Notes: a model not told the origin generated them from the letters alone. A stretch of 64,000 nucleotides of DNA from Octopus vulgaris (GCA_951406725.2 OX597824.1:2976001-3040000), one strand, 5' to 3'. Shown: positions 25,752 to 40,478, counted from the stretch's first letter. A program made the numbers and translations.

Positions 25752-26340
25752 TCAGTAGTCTTGTTATTTTCACGTACTTTCACTGCACTACCGAGCGCAG
25801 TTCTGTGTGCTTTCGGTATGTGGTGTGATTTGCGGTGCTGTTATTTCAACTATATTGATGTTCTAATTTGGATGTGTGCAGTGCCCAGTAGGTCTATGTT
25901 TTCCTATGTTATATATATTCGCAGGTCCTGGTGTTTAGGTCATCTATTTTTGTGAATGTTTTTAATTATTCGTAACGCACCTATAACTATACGGTTTCTG
26001 ACTGTTTTCAGGCCCCACATTCGGGTTATCTCTATTTCCAGATCATTGTATTTTGAGAGTTTCTCCGTTTCTTTTAAAGGTGCATAGTCATTTGTTGGAA
26101 TTGATACATCGATTAGAAAACATATTTTTTCTTGATAGTGTCTGACAACTATATGCGGCCTATTAGCCTTGATTTCTCTATGTCTGTGTATTGCCATATC
26201 CCATATTATGGTTGCTCCTTCATTTTCGAAGACCTTTTCTGGAATATTCTTATACCATCTTTACATTTGTTGTCATTCCATAGTATTAGCATAGCTTCAA
26301 GTGTATATAGGTTCCAACTCTGTCACGTCTCTGAATATAT
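25752..26340 (-). mobile_element. R4/Dong-type RLE non-LTR retrotransposon 3' fragment
   Basis: REIKANRPHIVV..CFLIDVSIP..EKLSKYNDLEIEITRMW..VIGAL is a restriction-like endonuclease domain; the 3' end runs into (TAA)n. Confidence 0.85.
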
Positions 26341-26437
26341 TTCTTCTTCTTCTTCTTCTTCTTCTTCTTCTTCTTCTTCTTCTTCTTCTTCTTCTTCTTC
26401 TTCTTCTTCTTCTTCTTGTTCGTTATTATTATTATTA

Positions 26438-26468
<31 letters not shown>

Positions 26469-26534
26469 GATCATTATTGTTATTATCATTATGATTATTA
26501 TTATTGTTGTTATTATTATTATTATTATTATTAT

Positions 26535-26593
<59 letters not shown>

Positions 26594-26597
26594 TGAT
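26341..26597. repeat. Compound (TTC)n(TTA)n(TAG)n microsatellite
   Basis: Direct read. Confidence 0.95.
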
Positions 26598-27081
26598 GAT
26601 ATCGGTTTCTGTGTTTCCACGTCATTTGTACTCCATGTTCACCAAATTCAATTTAGTTTCTGCTCATCTTTCATTTCTTACTTCCTTCCTTCCTTTCTCA
26701 CCGCAGACTCGGTTCATGCGTTCTATTTCTAATATCTCTCCTATTATATTTCTCGCGTTTTTGCTGCTTTTGACATTTGTTGATCATATTGTGTTGCTTT
26801 TTTGCTTTTTCACTCATTCCCTTTTTATGCCTTCGTTATTCTGGTTTCCATGTCCTTTTCCTATGGTTCTATCAACCATTGTTCATTTTCGCCTTCTGCT
26901 TTTGTTCGTTATATTTTATTGTTATTTAAACAATTCAAGAAGAAGAATACAAGGAAATTCATCGCACTTGTTCGAGTTGAGTAAATGCAGACTGACCTTC
27001 AGAACAAGAGACACTTTTTGTTTTTCTACTCATGTGATTCAGAAGTAGTTTGATGAAAGATATCAAATTTTTACTTCTCTA

Positions 27082-27137
<56 letters not shown>

Positions 27138-27152
27138 ACGCATGTATATATT

Positions 27153-27249
<97 letters not shown>

Positions 27250-27934
27250 TATATATGTGTGTGTGTGTGTGCTTATGCGTGTATTTATGTGTACATGTAT
27301 ATATATTCACATGGACACACACAAACACACATGCATACATATCATTTCAAATAAACATCAGATCACAACGCATTTGAAATATTTAAGTCGGAAGACAAAC
27401 GTGTAAAACAGACGTATAAGAAAAAGAAAAAGAATAAAATAGATTTAGACTAAAATTGTATTAGTGAAATGTGAGGAAATTTGGAACAATAAAATAAATT
27501 TATGTCTCCGAAAACTGTAACGTAAGCGTTAAGAAAAATAAATTCGAAAAGTTATGTGCAAAACTGAAGTCGATTCTCGCTTTTTAAAACTCAATACAGG
27601 TTTTCAATTATCATCGTAACAAAATATATTCAATTACAACTACTGGGTGTTATATATATATATATATATACATACATATATTTGCATGTATGTATGATTA
27701 TATGCATGTATATATATGCATGTATATACATATGCATATATATATATACATAAATACATACATACACATATATATATGCATGTATGTATGAGTCTGTGTA
27801 TGTATATATACCTTATACATAATATTTATAAAATTATATGCTTTTATAGCTATGATTTATGTCATGCTGTGCATTATATGTGTGCGAGTGTACATATACA
27901 AATATATATGTGTGCGTATATATATATATAATGT

Positions 27935-28738
27935 ACAATGCGACGTAAAACATTAGGCAATCAAGTGCCTGACTCATGTGTTTCCCTATTTCAAATTGGT
28001 GCTTCAGACTCGTTCATATCGAACATGATACCGATTAAGATATTTCATTTTGCTGGATGTGGAGTTGGTGAGTTTTATTAGTCAGTAAGAAAGTTTATTG
28101 TTGATTATAAACGGGTACTCCCGAGTGAAATCTGGGTGTTACCCTATTCGGATTTACAGTTGAGGGTTGTTTTGTATTCCTTTACACAGACAGTTCCTCT
28201 GGCTGGTTTCAGCATTGCATCAGTGGCATGTGTAGATAGGATGTCGAACCTAAATCTCCCTTAGGAGCCATTGTGGCAGTCTACAGCATGCTGATAGAAG
28301 ATGGAGTTTGTTTGTTTTTTTCTCAATATAGTTGTCCAGTTGTTATTTGAACCTATCATTGATGCTCCTAGATGTCTCCCTAACATAGGACTCCGAGAGA
28401 ACTACGGAAGTCTTTTCCTGGTACTTAATCTGGGATACAGTGTTCTTTGATTTGCAGTTCACATGTAGGTTTGTAGAACATACTACACAATTATTTCGAC
28501 ACGTGATTCTATCAAAGGGGTATGACTTAATTAATATAGATTTGATAGTCCTACCTGTCCTTTCTAGAACTTTGATCTTAATGCCAGTTGTGCGTAGGAT
28601 TTCCTTAAATGCCCTACTTAGCTCGTTCATAAGGGTGGCGTCAACAAACAATACACTATGAAACCTCTTGTTATTATACCAATTATTATTTCTTTTTCTT
28701 TTCGTTGGTGTCTCTCTCCCACCTATTGCAGAACTTGT
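27935..28738 (-). mobile_element. Penelope-like element 3' remnant (Cys-rich linker and GIY-YIG), second clade
   Basis: SVLFVDAT..KVLERTGRTIKSILIKSYPF..CRNNCVVC..NCKSKNTVSQI..YVRETSRSINDRF; bounded by (TA)n. Decayed HHR-like GAAACACAUGAGUC near 27970-28010. Confidence 0.75.
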
Positions 28739-28770
<32 letters not shown>

Positions 28771-29121
28771 ACAACATGTCACGCCGGAAGGTGCAACATA
28801 TTGCCACAGGTTTGAGCACGGTAGATTAGCTCTAAACTCATTCCCGATGCACAACGTGGTTTGGTTATTTTCGCATCTCAAGTGACGCTAATAAAATGAT
28901 ATAGAAAAGGCAATTGGTATTTATCCTTTATGCAATATACACGTTTAAGAAGACCATCAAACATGATTTACGTGAACTTAAAGGAAAAGTTATGTGACAA
29001 GTGCAGCTTGGCCTCTTCATCGGCATTATTCACAAGTGCATTACATACATATACATATATAAACACACATACACATATTTATATATATATATATGTATAT
29101 ATAAATATATATATATATATA

Positions 29122-29126
<5 letters not shown>

Positions 29127-29214
<88 letters not shown>
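29127..29214. repeat. (GT)n microsatellite preceded by (TA)n
   Basis: Direct read. Confidence 0.95.
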
Positions 29215-29215
<1 letters not shown>

Positions 29216-29220
<5 letters not shown>

Positions 29221-29990
29221 AGACAAGGTAGAAAATGGAGAAATAATTTAAACATGAATAACATTTTAGTGCCGACATTTAGTGCGACTTTCTTCAACTT
29301 AGAGTAAAGCATAGAAAACAATTAAATTGTGGAAAAATTAAATAAAATGTTTCTTAAAAATAGTTCCATAGTTTTTAAATGCAAGGAACATTTTCCTTTT
29401 TCCTGTCTATCAATGATGGGGTGCGCTTCGAGGATTAAATTCATTCTGTGGTCCCTTTTTAGTAGAGTAATGTTCTGGAGGATGGTGTCGAAGACTTTGA
29501 CAGCAACAATGAAGCCGTCAGTAAACAAATTCGGAAGAACTAACTGCGGTGTATGCGTCAACCTAATTGAGGGATCAGAGTTTACTTTCAAAGAGAGTCA
29601 ACATTTTACAGTGAAAATCAACTCCACGCTTGCTTCGGAGAACCTAATATATGTATTAAGTTGCTCTGGGTGTCGAGATCAATACATAGGCCAAACCAAA
29701 ATCAATCTACGTCAAAGAATGGCTCTACATAGATCCCAGATCAAAATTCGGGAATACAGAAAAAAGCATTCAGCGAATACATCGACATTTGCATCACTAA
29801 CAAACAACCCAGCTTCAGAATTTTTTCTCTCTATAAATTCAGGGACGATACAACCTATAATCAGCGCATTAGCAAAGAGTCATATTTTATCACCAAATAT
29901 AAACCCCTTTTGAATGCGTCCACCACAAATGACACTATTACAAGGGCCTTAGAATAATATCCACGGAAATATTAAAAACGATATATTACG
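29216..29990 (+). mobile_element. 5'-truncated Penelope-like element (GIY-YIG) with inverted pLTR
   Basis: GRTNCGVC..NLIYVLSCSGCRDQYIGQTKINLRQRMALHRSQI at 29500-29760; 29216-29408 is the reverse complement of the 3' UTR seen at 4620-4812. Confidence 0.85.
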
Positions 29991-31370
29991 ATATATATAA
30001 TCCCTAATTTCGTCTTATTTTAAATGAAATTAAGTGTGAATTCCGAGTAATAATACCTGTAATATTATTATACTTTTGGCGTTTAATTCAATTGTCCATT
30101 CACTACATGTCTTAAGCTCTAACTCTTCTTCTACCTTCTCTTGAGTCGTAAAATTTGTAAAATCGAAATACCACAAACACTTTCCTACTCAGTGTTTCTA
30201 AATAATTGCTTAAATGAATCTGACGGATATTAGGATTCTTAATTTGTTGCATGTGTACTTGTATGCATTTCGATAATGAGTATCCTGTGTGTCCAATATA
30301 TATATATATCTATTAACGATTCGGACAATCGCTGCGATAAATCTGGTTCATAACTTTACAGATCTTAATTGTTTTTGAAATATTCTCCGTCTAGCTTTTG
30401 CATTGATATAGTCCCATTCGTACATGTATTAAACGTGTACTACGTCGATTATCATTGCATAGATACCATGTGGTTTTTTATCGTCGTTGTTTAGGTCAAA
30501 CCTTGCCTTTTTCAACAATTGCTTCAAGGCCCGCCTTTTGCTTTGAACGATTGCGCAGTCAGTAATTAAATGTTATCGTCAGTTACTTTGTCTCGTGGTA
30601 GGCAAGTTGGATTTGGCAACGGTAAAAATATTTTGATGACTTGGATTATAAATCACTACAAAACATATGATATACAGATCCTGTTTTACTCTTTCTTGGA
30701 TTGCACGAAGTTATTCTGTTGGTATTTGTTTTGCAGCATAGGAAGCTTTATCTGTCTTAAACTATACATAATGATCACATATTATTACAGAATATATCAA
30801 TGATACGCTGCTGAAAATTGTGTATTTGCATTTATCTACACTACATTTTAATATAGTTTATCAATTTCTCTCATAATTTCCGCCCCCTCCCTTCTTTTAT
30901 ATGCAGTAAACAACTTTCATTGTCTTCTTATATGTTGACTTTCGTAAATTGTATACGACGGTAACGATCGAGTGGAATAATGCTGGTGGTTTAATTTATC
31001 ACCCTTGAAGGAATAAATTTCATAATCGAATTCGAATTTCTTAGATAAAGAATTGAAATTTTGTACGTTATTCTATCATTTCCTCCAATTCACCGATTTA
31101 TACAAGCAGAATGTTAAAGATTTGAGAACGACAGAATTCAGTTGACTGGAGGAAATAATATATTTTGCTGCAACAGATACATTGTACAGCAAACTACAGA
31201 AGTTTGTAGACATAAACGACATTTATAGTAAATTTATTGTCCAGAGAAATATACGTTAATATACTTTGTAGATATGTTCATTTGATTTGGACACCATAAA
31301 ATCGAAAAACTGAAACAGAGAGAAATTTTCCATTAAATTGTCTTGCAAATTGTAGGAAATCAAATTACGA

Positions 31371-31371
31371 C

Positions 31372-31438
<67 letters not shown>

Positions 31439-31639
31439 ATATATATATATATATATATATATGCATATATTCATAAATGTGTGCGTGTGTGTGTATATAG
31501 ATACGTACGCACACACGTATATATGCATGTAAGTAGGTAGGTAGGTAGGTAGGTAGGCAGAAAGTTAGGTAGATAAATACATACATATATATATGTAGTG
31601 CAATATAGGCACGCATATATATGCTTATGTACAGACATG

Positions 31640-31714
<75 letters not shown>

Positions 31715-31760
31715 ACATACACACATATATATGTATGTATGTATGTATAAATGTATGTAT
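31371..31760. repeat. Compound (CA)n/(TA)n/(TAGG)n region
   Basis: Direct read. Confidence 0.9.
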
Positions 31761-31964
31761 GTCATTATTCAGTTTTGTTTCAAGATCTCTGGCTAATAGG
31801 GAAAGAGCTGTTTTCTAATCTAGATCCACGCCTCCTTCATTGGAATTTCAACATCAACAACAGGGTATTTTCGAAAGGATGTATGCGAATGTGCAGATTT
31901 CAATGTTTTGTTCTATGCATGTATTATCATGTATATACTTGCATATCAAGACATGTTCATATAT

Positions 31965-33266
31965 ACTGAAATTGTAACCTTTTGGAAGGTTTTACAGTTC
32001 CAGTGATTGATTGGAGCTGTAGTCTCTGAATCAGCTTTCTCCTTTCTGGTTTTGAGAAGCCTAATTCCTCAAGATTAGAATTTAGACAGTGTGTTACATA
32101 TACCAGAACCCCAATGATTACAGGTATAAACCTGAACTTGTAATCTGGATAGAGTAACTGCAGATTTTTCAATCGTTCAACGTAAGTGTTCACGTTTCAC
32201 TGATCTTCGGTGTGCAGCTGATTTCTACAACTGTGCACAGTTTCTCTTCTCTATCCCTAATCATTACATCAGCTCTATTGTATTTATATTTTATTGATGT
32301 TTTCACTGGAACATTCCACCTGTACTCCTTTTCATTACGAGTGGCTATGGCTTCTACCCTACTGTGATTTTTTATTTCTCTGTCACCGGCGTTATCCTTC
32401 CGACAGATTTCACTATAGAGTGTCTTAGCTACAACATCATGTCTCATTGTAGATAATACTGTGTTGACATTTTCAGACAACTGCTTATGATGTGGGTGAT
32501 ATCTTTGGTGATAACTGCACAAAGTCTGCATCGGTTGTCACATTTTACTTCTTTTCCTGCATCTCTGTCCCTTTTGTGCGCCAGGTATTTGGTTGATATT
32601 TCCTGTTCCTGGACTGCAAACTCATATCCCTCAAAGTGGTGGGTGGGTAGTTATCCAGTTATTGGTCCATGATAGACTGCTTTGATGACCAGTGTTACTG
32701 TCATCTCGGAGCTTTCTACTAATATATCCATGCATGGTCTGCTGTTCATATATTTTCATCCTGTCATCTGATGATACGTTGTGGTAGAGTAGCGCGACTC
32801 CTTTGGGCATGTATTCTAGACTATCAGACAAAGAATGCTGCTCAAGGAACTGCTTCTAAGTCTCATGATATTATGAGCCTCGTGTATGCAAACTTGGTCC
32901 AGGGATGCACTTCGGGACTTCGTGGTTAAAAGATGTTGCCGTAGGGATGTGATACGACATTCAAAGGTATTTTGACTCGATGTTTGGCCTCTGCCACCTT
33001 GTTTTCATTTTAGGTAGAAGCGGTCTATACTGTTTATGTGGAAATTATGTGTGCTTGTTATTATTTTTCTGGTTTTCTGGTTTTCACATCAATGGTTCGG
33101 AACTCACCAAGCGTCCAATCAAGTAGCCCAAATGCTGGTATGAGTACTGACACTGCAAACACATTGCGAGCCATTGTTTTATTGAATGCAGAGAGTTCTG
33201 AGGTTCAAAGTTTCTTCGTACAGCTGTAATATTCCTTAGAGACACGTATTTTGTTACAGGTGCCAT
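31965..33266 (-). mobile_element. R4/Dong-type RLE retrotransposon 3' portion (copy 1)
   Basis: MHGY, CRLC..HIISSC, MRHDVVAK, YNRADVMI..CTVVEISC, FIPVIIG motifs with frameshifts; homologous to 58313-59302. Confidence 0.88.
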
Positions 33267-34702
33267 TGTATGATATGTATGTATGTATGTATCTATCTAT
33301 CAATCTATCAATCTATCTATATATCTTCCTATCTATCCACTTAGATATCTATAAGTATGTGTGTGTGTGTATGTGTGTGTGTGTGTTTTAGCCATTACTT
33401 GTTTGAGGTGTAAACAGCTGAAGAGCTAGAGGCGCTGTGTCTGGGGATCCGACAGGGGCTGCATGGACAGATACCGTGCTTTTACAATTCTTTACCATAA
33501 GAGAAAAAATTCTATCCACAATAACTGCAGTGAATTTAACTTTAGAAGTTGAAATGAGTCGCAAACATATTTTAATTAACTTCATGTTCACTTATATCGA
33601 ATCATTATTTTGACACTTACACCGCTTATGCATTCCCGACAGTTCGAGCCAATAACGCAAAGCAGTCAGTGTTTGTCGACTGTTTATAGTTAAAGCTATG
33701 GCTTTGAATCTTTTCAGAGTTACCTCGCTTTGGTATTTCCCATTGCTAACAGCTAAAGAATTAGAAATGCTGCGTCAAGGAATTCAATAGGGGAAAACAC
33801 TGGGTAGATATGGTGCTTTAACCTTTTTTTTTAACCATACACTAAATGATGTGAATTTGACTTTAGAAGTTGAAATACGTAACAAACATATTTTTTCTAG
33901 CATAAAGCTCCTACATATACATATACATACATACATCTATGTATGTAAGTATGTATGTATATCTATATTAATTGATGAGTTGATGAGTGACGGTCCACGT
34001 AATTTCAGGCTAGATCATCTGCCCTTAACTAACTCATAATAAATGTCAACAAATGAAGAGACGAATTAAAGAGGAGAAAAAAAACAAAGTCACTTAAAAA
34101 AGCAGTAAAAGATCGCCAGTGAATGCAGAGCTAATGAATGAATATTTCAAAAGAATTGCCATTATAGTGCAGATGCGGTTTCATAGATTTCTATGCGCGT
34201 TCTCAACTAAATCAGAGAATATAATTCAAAATTTTCGTAATGATTTGTAAATGTCTTTGAGACACTGCTCCAGTTATACTTACCAGCCAACTGTTGAAGT
34301 TAACAATATGGAGAGCAACAATAGCCAAATAATTTAGTCTTTTAATCCATCGTCCTTGGTTGTTGACGATGATGTTGGTTTGTGTTCACATTCTGCGTCT
34401 GTCGTTTGATTTCTGCAATGGAATCGTAGGCGAGGTGTGAATTTCAAAGATTTGCAATTTCACGGAAGAAGGAATTAACTGGATAAGGAGAGGCTTTTTA
34501 GTCAGGTGGACCTAAAAGAAAAGGTAGAATGGTCTGGCGAATGGATGTAACAAGCATCCTTTAAAGTATTGATGTTTTATACAGTTGCCCAGCAGCAGAA
34601 TTTGCTCAGTGGGTGCAAACCCAGGTCCAAAGTTTTTAATAAAATATGTGAATTTTATCAATATTAACATGAGAACAAATGCAGGTATAATAATGTTATT
34701 AT

Positions 34703-35085
34703 TACGGAGATCAGCTGAAATGTTCATAGGCTGAGCAAGAAGACACTCTCGTGGAATGGGACCAAATGAAGTTCATGGTTTAACGAAGTTCCTCTTACTG
34801 TCCACACACTTCCATAAGTAGTTGCAGTGCTTGGATCACACGGGTCAAGAAGCTATATTCTGTTGGTCAAAATGGTCATCAACAGCAGATAAGACGTCAT
34901 CATCACAGTGATGCTGGTGCCTAGCTGAGTGTTTTTCTATGTTGGGAAATGATAACCAGATGGAACCAGATCACTAACATAGGGAGGGGTGATCAACCAG
35001 TTCAAAGCCAGTCACACACAGCAACCATTCAAACCAAGGACTTGTGTGCTGAAGCATTGTCCTAATGAAACAAGACCCCATTCAT
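34703..35085 (-). mobile_element. Mariner transposon 3' remnant
   Basis: Minus strand GVLFH*DNASAHKS, decayed HPPYSPDLAP region and SDDDVLSAVDD..CVD C-terminus; TIR-like end after TA at about 34703. Confidence 0.65.
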
Positions 35086-35192
35086 TAGTTTTTCTGTGTG
35101 TAAGCGTGTGTGCATATGAATATAAATACGTTACATTTTATGGGACTTTCTGTTTCTGTTAACATGTCCGTTTGATGAGTTTGTTATTTATA

Positions 35193-35280
35193 TCTTTCCT
35201 GATTAGATTGACCTATTGCTGACCATAATTTATCCTGTCGGACATTTTTGGAGTGCATCCGTCGAAACACATGTAGAAGA
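35193..35280 (+). ncRNA. Decayed type I hammerhead with ~58-nt stem II
   Basis: ucuuuc CUGAUUA gau..guc GAAA C ACAU GUA^gaaga; G8 replaced by U; about 180 bp upstream of (TA)n. Confidence 0.45.
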
Positions 35281-35460
35281 ATTCAAGATATAAATGGTCT
35301 AACAACATCCCGAGTGGTCGTCACCTTTTTTCAATTTTCCTATTTTCTACTAAATACAGCCTACTATCCCGGAATGGAATCCTGAAACACTTAAGCAAGC
35401 AACGTTTAGCTACCTTGTAATTATTCCCCTGGATGTTTCTTATAAATTGTAAACTGTAAG

Positions 35461-35526
<66 letters not shown>

Positions 35527-35596
35527 GCACACGCACTGGTAAATATGCAGGCACACTCTCACACACACATATAGATACACACACACAGACAATCTC

Positions 35597-35654
<58 letters not shown>

Positions 35655-35838
35655 GTCCAATTATTCAGTATTCAGCAAAAATATTACAATACCTGGCGTA
35701 GTGCTTTATAATTTAAATATATACATTGTTGATATGCATAACCATATATATTTACGTTTCTACATATGATATATATGCATACATAGACACACATGCATAT
35801 ACACAGATACATACACATAGACACACACACACACACAC

Positions 35839-35957
<119 letters not shown>

Positions 35958-35969
35958 CATACACACACG

Positions 35970-36006
<37 letters not shown>

Positions 36007-36414
36007 GTTAGTGTTCCGACTTCGCTTCGGAATTTCTGTCTCAAGAGGAAAACTTAGTAGTCTCTAATTACAACAGAATCTTTTGATATTGGTACAGTGT
36101 TGCATAGTATTATTACACCATCTTGAAGCAGACAGTCGTGCAGACCCTCGCTTACAGACAGACAGACACATGCTCAGTAAGTAATACGTTCTCATTCACA
36201 CATGCAAATACCACATTCGCAGCATACATACACATGCGCCCACACTTACACGTATATACATTCACAAATATATATGTGTGTGCGTGTGTCTGTGTGTCTG
36301 TGTGTATATTAAATATGTGTGTATATATAAAGTAAATTAACGGCTATTGGAAATCGCACCTGTGTATATAGATATATATATATATACTTTATTTAAAAGC
36401 AGCAGAAATTTAAC

Positions 36415-36463
36415 AAAAGCTGTTACAGGGAGTTTCACGTTCCCGTTCATCGGACAGTTTTGT
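36415..36463 (-). ncRNA. Minimal type I hammerhead, U4C variant, in a short TA-flanked PLE-type terminus
   Basis: Minus strand: cugu CCGAUGA ACG ggaa CGU GAAA C ucccu GUA^acag. Confidence 0.6.
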
Positions 36464-36481
36464 TAAAATAGAACCGATATA

Positions 36482-36527
<46 letters not shown>

Positions 36528-36529
<2 letters not shown>

Positions 36530-36830
36530 AGACGCAATAGCCCAGTGGTTAGGGCAGCGGACTCGCAGTCGTAGGATCGCGGTTTCGTTTCCCAGATCGG
36601 GCGTTATGAGTGTTTATTGAGCGAAAACACCTAAAGCTCCACGAGGCTCCGGCAGGGGATGGTGGCGATCCTTGCTGTACTCTTTCGCCACAACTTTCTC
36701 TCACTCTTTCTTCTGTTGGCCTGTTCACTTAGCCAGCGGGGTGGCGTCATTTAAACGCTAAAACAACGCAAAAGCGCATTGTGACCAGCGATGTGTAGCA
36801 ACATTTGATAGCCTGGTCGGTCACGGTGAT
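36528..36830 (+). mobile_element. tRNA-derived SINE, family B (variant tail)
   Basis: A/B-box head as at 10034; tail as at 20682. Confidence 0.88.
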
Positions 36831-39800
36831 ATATATATATATATATTTATACATATATTTCGTGTGTATGTTTCTATGACTGTATGTATGTACATGTGGT
36901 TACTGTGGCTGTGAATATGTATGTAGATGTGTGCGTGCATATAAATAAGCTCGGGAGGCAGCTGGGGGTGGGAGGGTCCTGCAGTGGTGCGATCTTGCAT
37001 TTCAGTAACATCAGGTTACCATTGATAAGAAAAAATGCTAAAGCGAACAGATATTTAGTGCAGTTGTTTTATTGACACAATTTGAACAAGGATGATTCGA
37101 TTTTTGGAAAAGCAACGAATTTATGAGAAATCCTGTTTTAAACTGGGTAAAGCTTTATATCTCTTATGCAATAAGGGGTCTGTGGAGGGGACTGTCTTGA
37201 TTGTCCACGCTGTTATGCGCTCTACCACTGACTCGAATTGAGGGGAACATCCGCCGAAGCCTGTAAGTATTTCTCTTTCAACACTAACCAGTGGTCACCA
37301 CAACACAACCTCAAAGTTGTCCTGCAGTTGCCCGTCAACTGTCTTCATCACTCGATCGATCTGACTAAAGATCAGTTACTTTTTATGCCATTCAATGCCA
37401 TACAACTTTCTTTAAGTCTCGTCACTACTTCGCTACTTCCAATCATAACATTCGGCTGGGATTTCTGTCTATGAAACCTTTACGTGATGTACCTCTAGGC
37501 CACAAAATCTTCATACAAGTTGTCAGTTTCATTAGCTTGCTGGATCGAATGGCACTATTGAATGGCACACGCTATTTCCTTTGACTCTTTATATACTATG
37601 ATCAAATCCTAGCGGGGTCAAATTTGTGTTTCATCATATAAAACATAAATCATAAGCAATGGATTTGTGTGACTGCAAGACTGTCAAATCGAAAGCCTTT
37701 CAGTATCTGTTCAGGCTGTTTGTATCCTAAGGTAAACTTTTCTCTTAAATGCGTAAAAAAAAGCACCGCCGTCAACATGATGGTCTGGTGTGATCTCAAA
37801 CCTTCGTGGTGATGTACAACAGCAACAAATGGCCGATGCTGGGTGAGAATGAGAGAGAATAACCTCCAGCTGGAGAGCCGTGAGGTCCAATGGCCGGCTG
37901 GCTGGCTGGCTGGCTGGCTGGTTAGATAGATAGATGGAAGGACGGATGGACGGACGGATGGTATGAATGGCTGGTTTAATGAGTGACTCTCAATCATATA
38001 TCTCACAGGATTCATACTTTCCAGCTGGAGGCACGCTTCTCTCTACTCAATCCGGCATCAGTTATTCGATGCTGGTATTACCCACGAAGGATTTTCCCGG
38101 CGTATCATACATTTGGGTGGCTGGCTGGATGGATGGATGGATGGATGGATGGAGGGAGGGAGGGAGGGAGGGAACGGTGAAGAATGGACAGATGGATGAA
38201 TGGATGAATGGATGAACAGAAATATTTGGGCAACATCTTCCACCTCCATATATTACTGACATGACTAATCTTAGTTTATGCATTCTATCTCGTTGTCTCT
38301 TACATATGTATGAGAAAGATATTTAGCATAACTTCCTACTCACTCCTGTAACCTCTCTCCATATCTCTTTTATCTTGCTAATTTAATCCACAATAATGCT
38401 AACTTATAATTACATTCTGGCTTATATTCGTTTCGCGTATTCTTTCTCACACACTTCATTTTAATCTATCATATATTTCTTCATGTTGTTATTGATTAAA
38501 TAACACCTTTCTTCTAAAATCCGGCAAAATGTTCGCATTGTGTATTTGATTGTAATTTAAACGCAAACGTATTCTGTGACTCAAAAGACAAGATTCCTTG
38601 ATATGTTTTGGAAGGATTCTTTTCATTTAAACACGAATATCGTAGGATTTGTTATTTCATGTGATTTTCTGAAATATTTTTGCTTAATTCAATAATCTAA
38701 ATTTGACAAATCTTAGTTCACGTTTCGCCACTAGAGGCATTACATCTGCCGTTATACAAGTTGTTTGTTCAAAATACACTACTCGCGGTTGATTATTCCT
38801 TTCATTTGACAATGCATGTATATATGTATGTGTGTGTGTGTGAGGTGTGTGTATGTGTCTGTGTATCTGTGTGTGTCTGTGTATGTATATAGTTAAAATA
38901 ACACGAATAGAATTCGAGTAGAATACGACGTAAAGGCAAACAGTTGAAAACACGTGCCTGAAATGCGTAGAAGTATAAAGCAGGCAAAAAAAAACAAAGA
39001 AGTGTGCAGCGATGTTATGAAGCTTGAAACGAGAAAGGAAGAAAAAGAAAAAAATGTGGCGCTTAGAGTGAAACGTTTATCACAAAAAAATGGAAAAAAG
39101 AGTAGTAAAATGTATCGAGAGGCAGGAGAAAGAGAATGCCTGTACATTTTGTGGTTCAATATAGAAAGTTCCAACGACAATTCTTACGACAACCACCACC
39201 ATGTTTCTTCTCATCGATTTAGATTTTTTGCAACATTTTCAGATGTAAGTGTTATCAGCTGAAAGTTCCGCATACCGTGTACTAGCAAGTTTATGGAGTC
39301 ATCAGGAGAGAATACGCACCGTCTTGGGACCTTCTTCTCATCATTTCCGCCCCCCTCGTCACTGAGATGGTCCCCGCTTGCTAGATCAACTAGATACTAG
39401 GTTTCGCTCAATATTCTCCTAGCCTTTGCTCATCTTCTCTTTTTAACCGAATCCAGCGGCTCGTCTTCTCCACTGTAGTCCGTATTTCACTCCTGATAGT
39501 ATTTGCTTTACCATGCCTTAGGCCTAGCTACAACAGTCGCCTCACACTGTGTCCAACGAATACTCTACGTCCTACTTCATTCTTCGTCTTTACATCCCCC
39601 GAAAAGGTTTTTATAACGGTCGATCTTTCGAGCCCGTAGGTATCCATGTTATCTCCATGAGGAACAGTTAACACGACTAGATTTACTACTTACTTTCTTT
39701 CACTCCATATGATAATATCCGATTTTTTCGTAACTGGAATGGGGAAGAATCCGTGGCACCTCCCATTAGGCGATCCACTCTTCATCGTATTGAGTGTACA

Positions 39801-40478
39801 AATCCTGTTCACGGATACAAAACACACCCACACGTACATGTAGGTATTTATGTATGTATATATGTAGTTATATATTTATATCTAATAGAATGAATGAATG
39901 AATGCAGATGCGAGTTTAACTAAGATTTCTTGTAATTTAAATGACTGTTTATGTTTTCTCGTTCGATTGATTGTATAATCAAAAGTAGTGATAAAGCCAT
40001 CCATAGAATATTAGGCGTTTGCAGATTATTTTTTCCGATATATCTGATAGCTTACTGCTTTGTTGATCCTGATTGTCAAGAGATTTAGTTCTGAGATCGC
40101 AGTCCGAATCTAAATCGGTTTGCATTATGGTATATTCATACAAAAAAAATCTATCAAGGATATTTGGTTCTTGTATTTGGTTTGCAAGATTTTCTAAATC
40201 GAAATACTAATGTTATACAGGAAACATTTCAAACATGCATATTCAGTAGGATTTTTTTTATAAACCAACAAGAAAGACCTTCCTGTTCTGTTAACATTCT
40301 AAATATCACTATCTTGAAAAAGCTTAGAGTGTATTCCTGGAAACAATGTACTTGTTAAAATATGAGCTTTTCACAACTGATTCCCAGACCGATTTTTATT
40401 AGCTTTCATATATATTTTTACACTTTTGGTCCCAAATAACAATATTAGGTCTGTTGACATACAATGAGACAACCATGC

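Noticed and set aside
33387-33500. GC-richer possible exon
   Set aside because: Weak splice signals and no recognisable peptide; lies next to a ~45-bp direct repeat (33530/33851) suggestive of a DNA transposon remnant.
39392-39440. Minus-strand hammerhead-like AAGAUGA..GAAACCUAGUA
   Set aside because: Core positions 3-4 are wrong and stem II is poorly paired; cannot be distinguished from chance.
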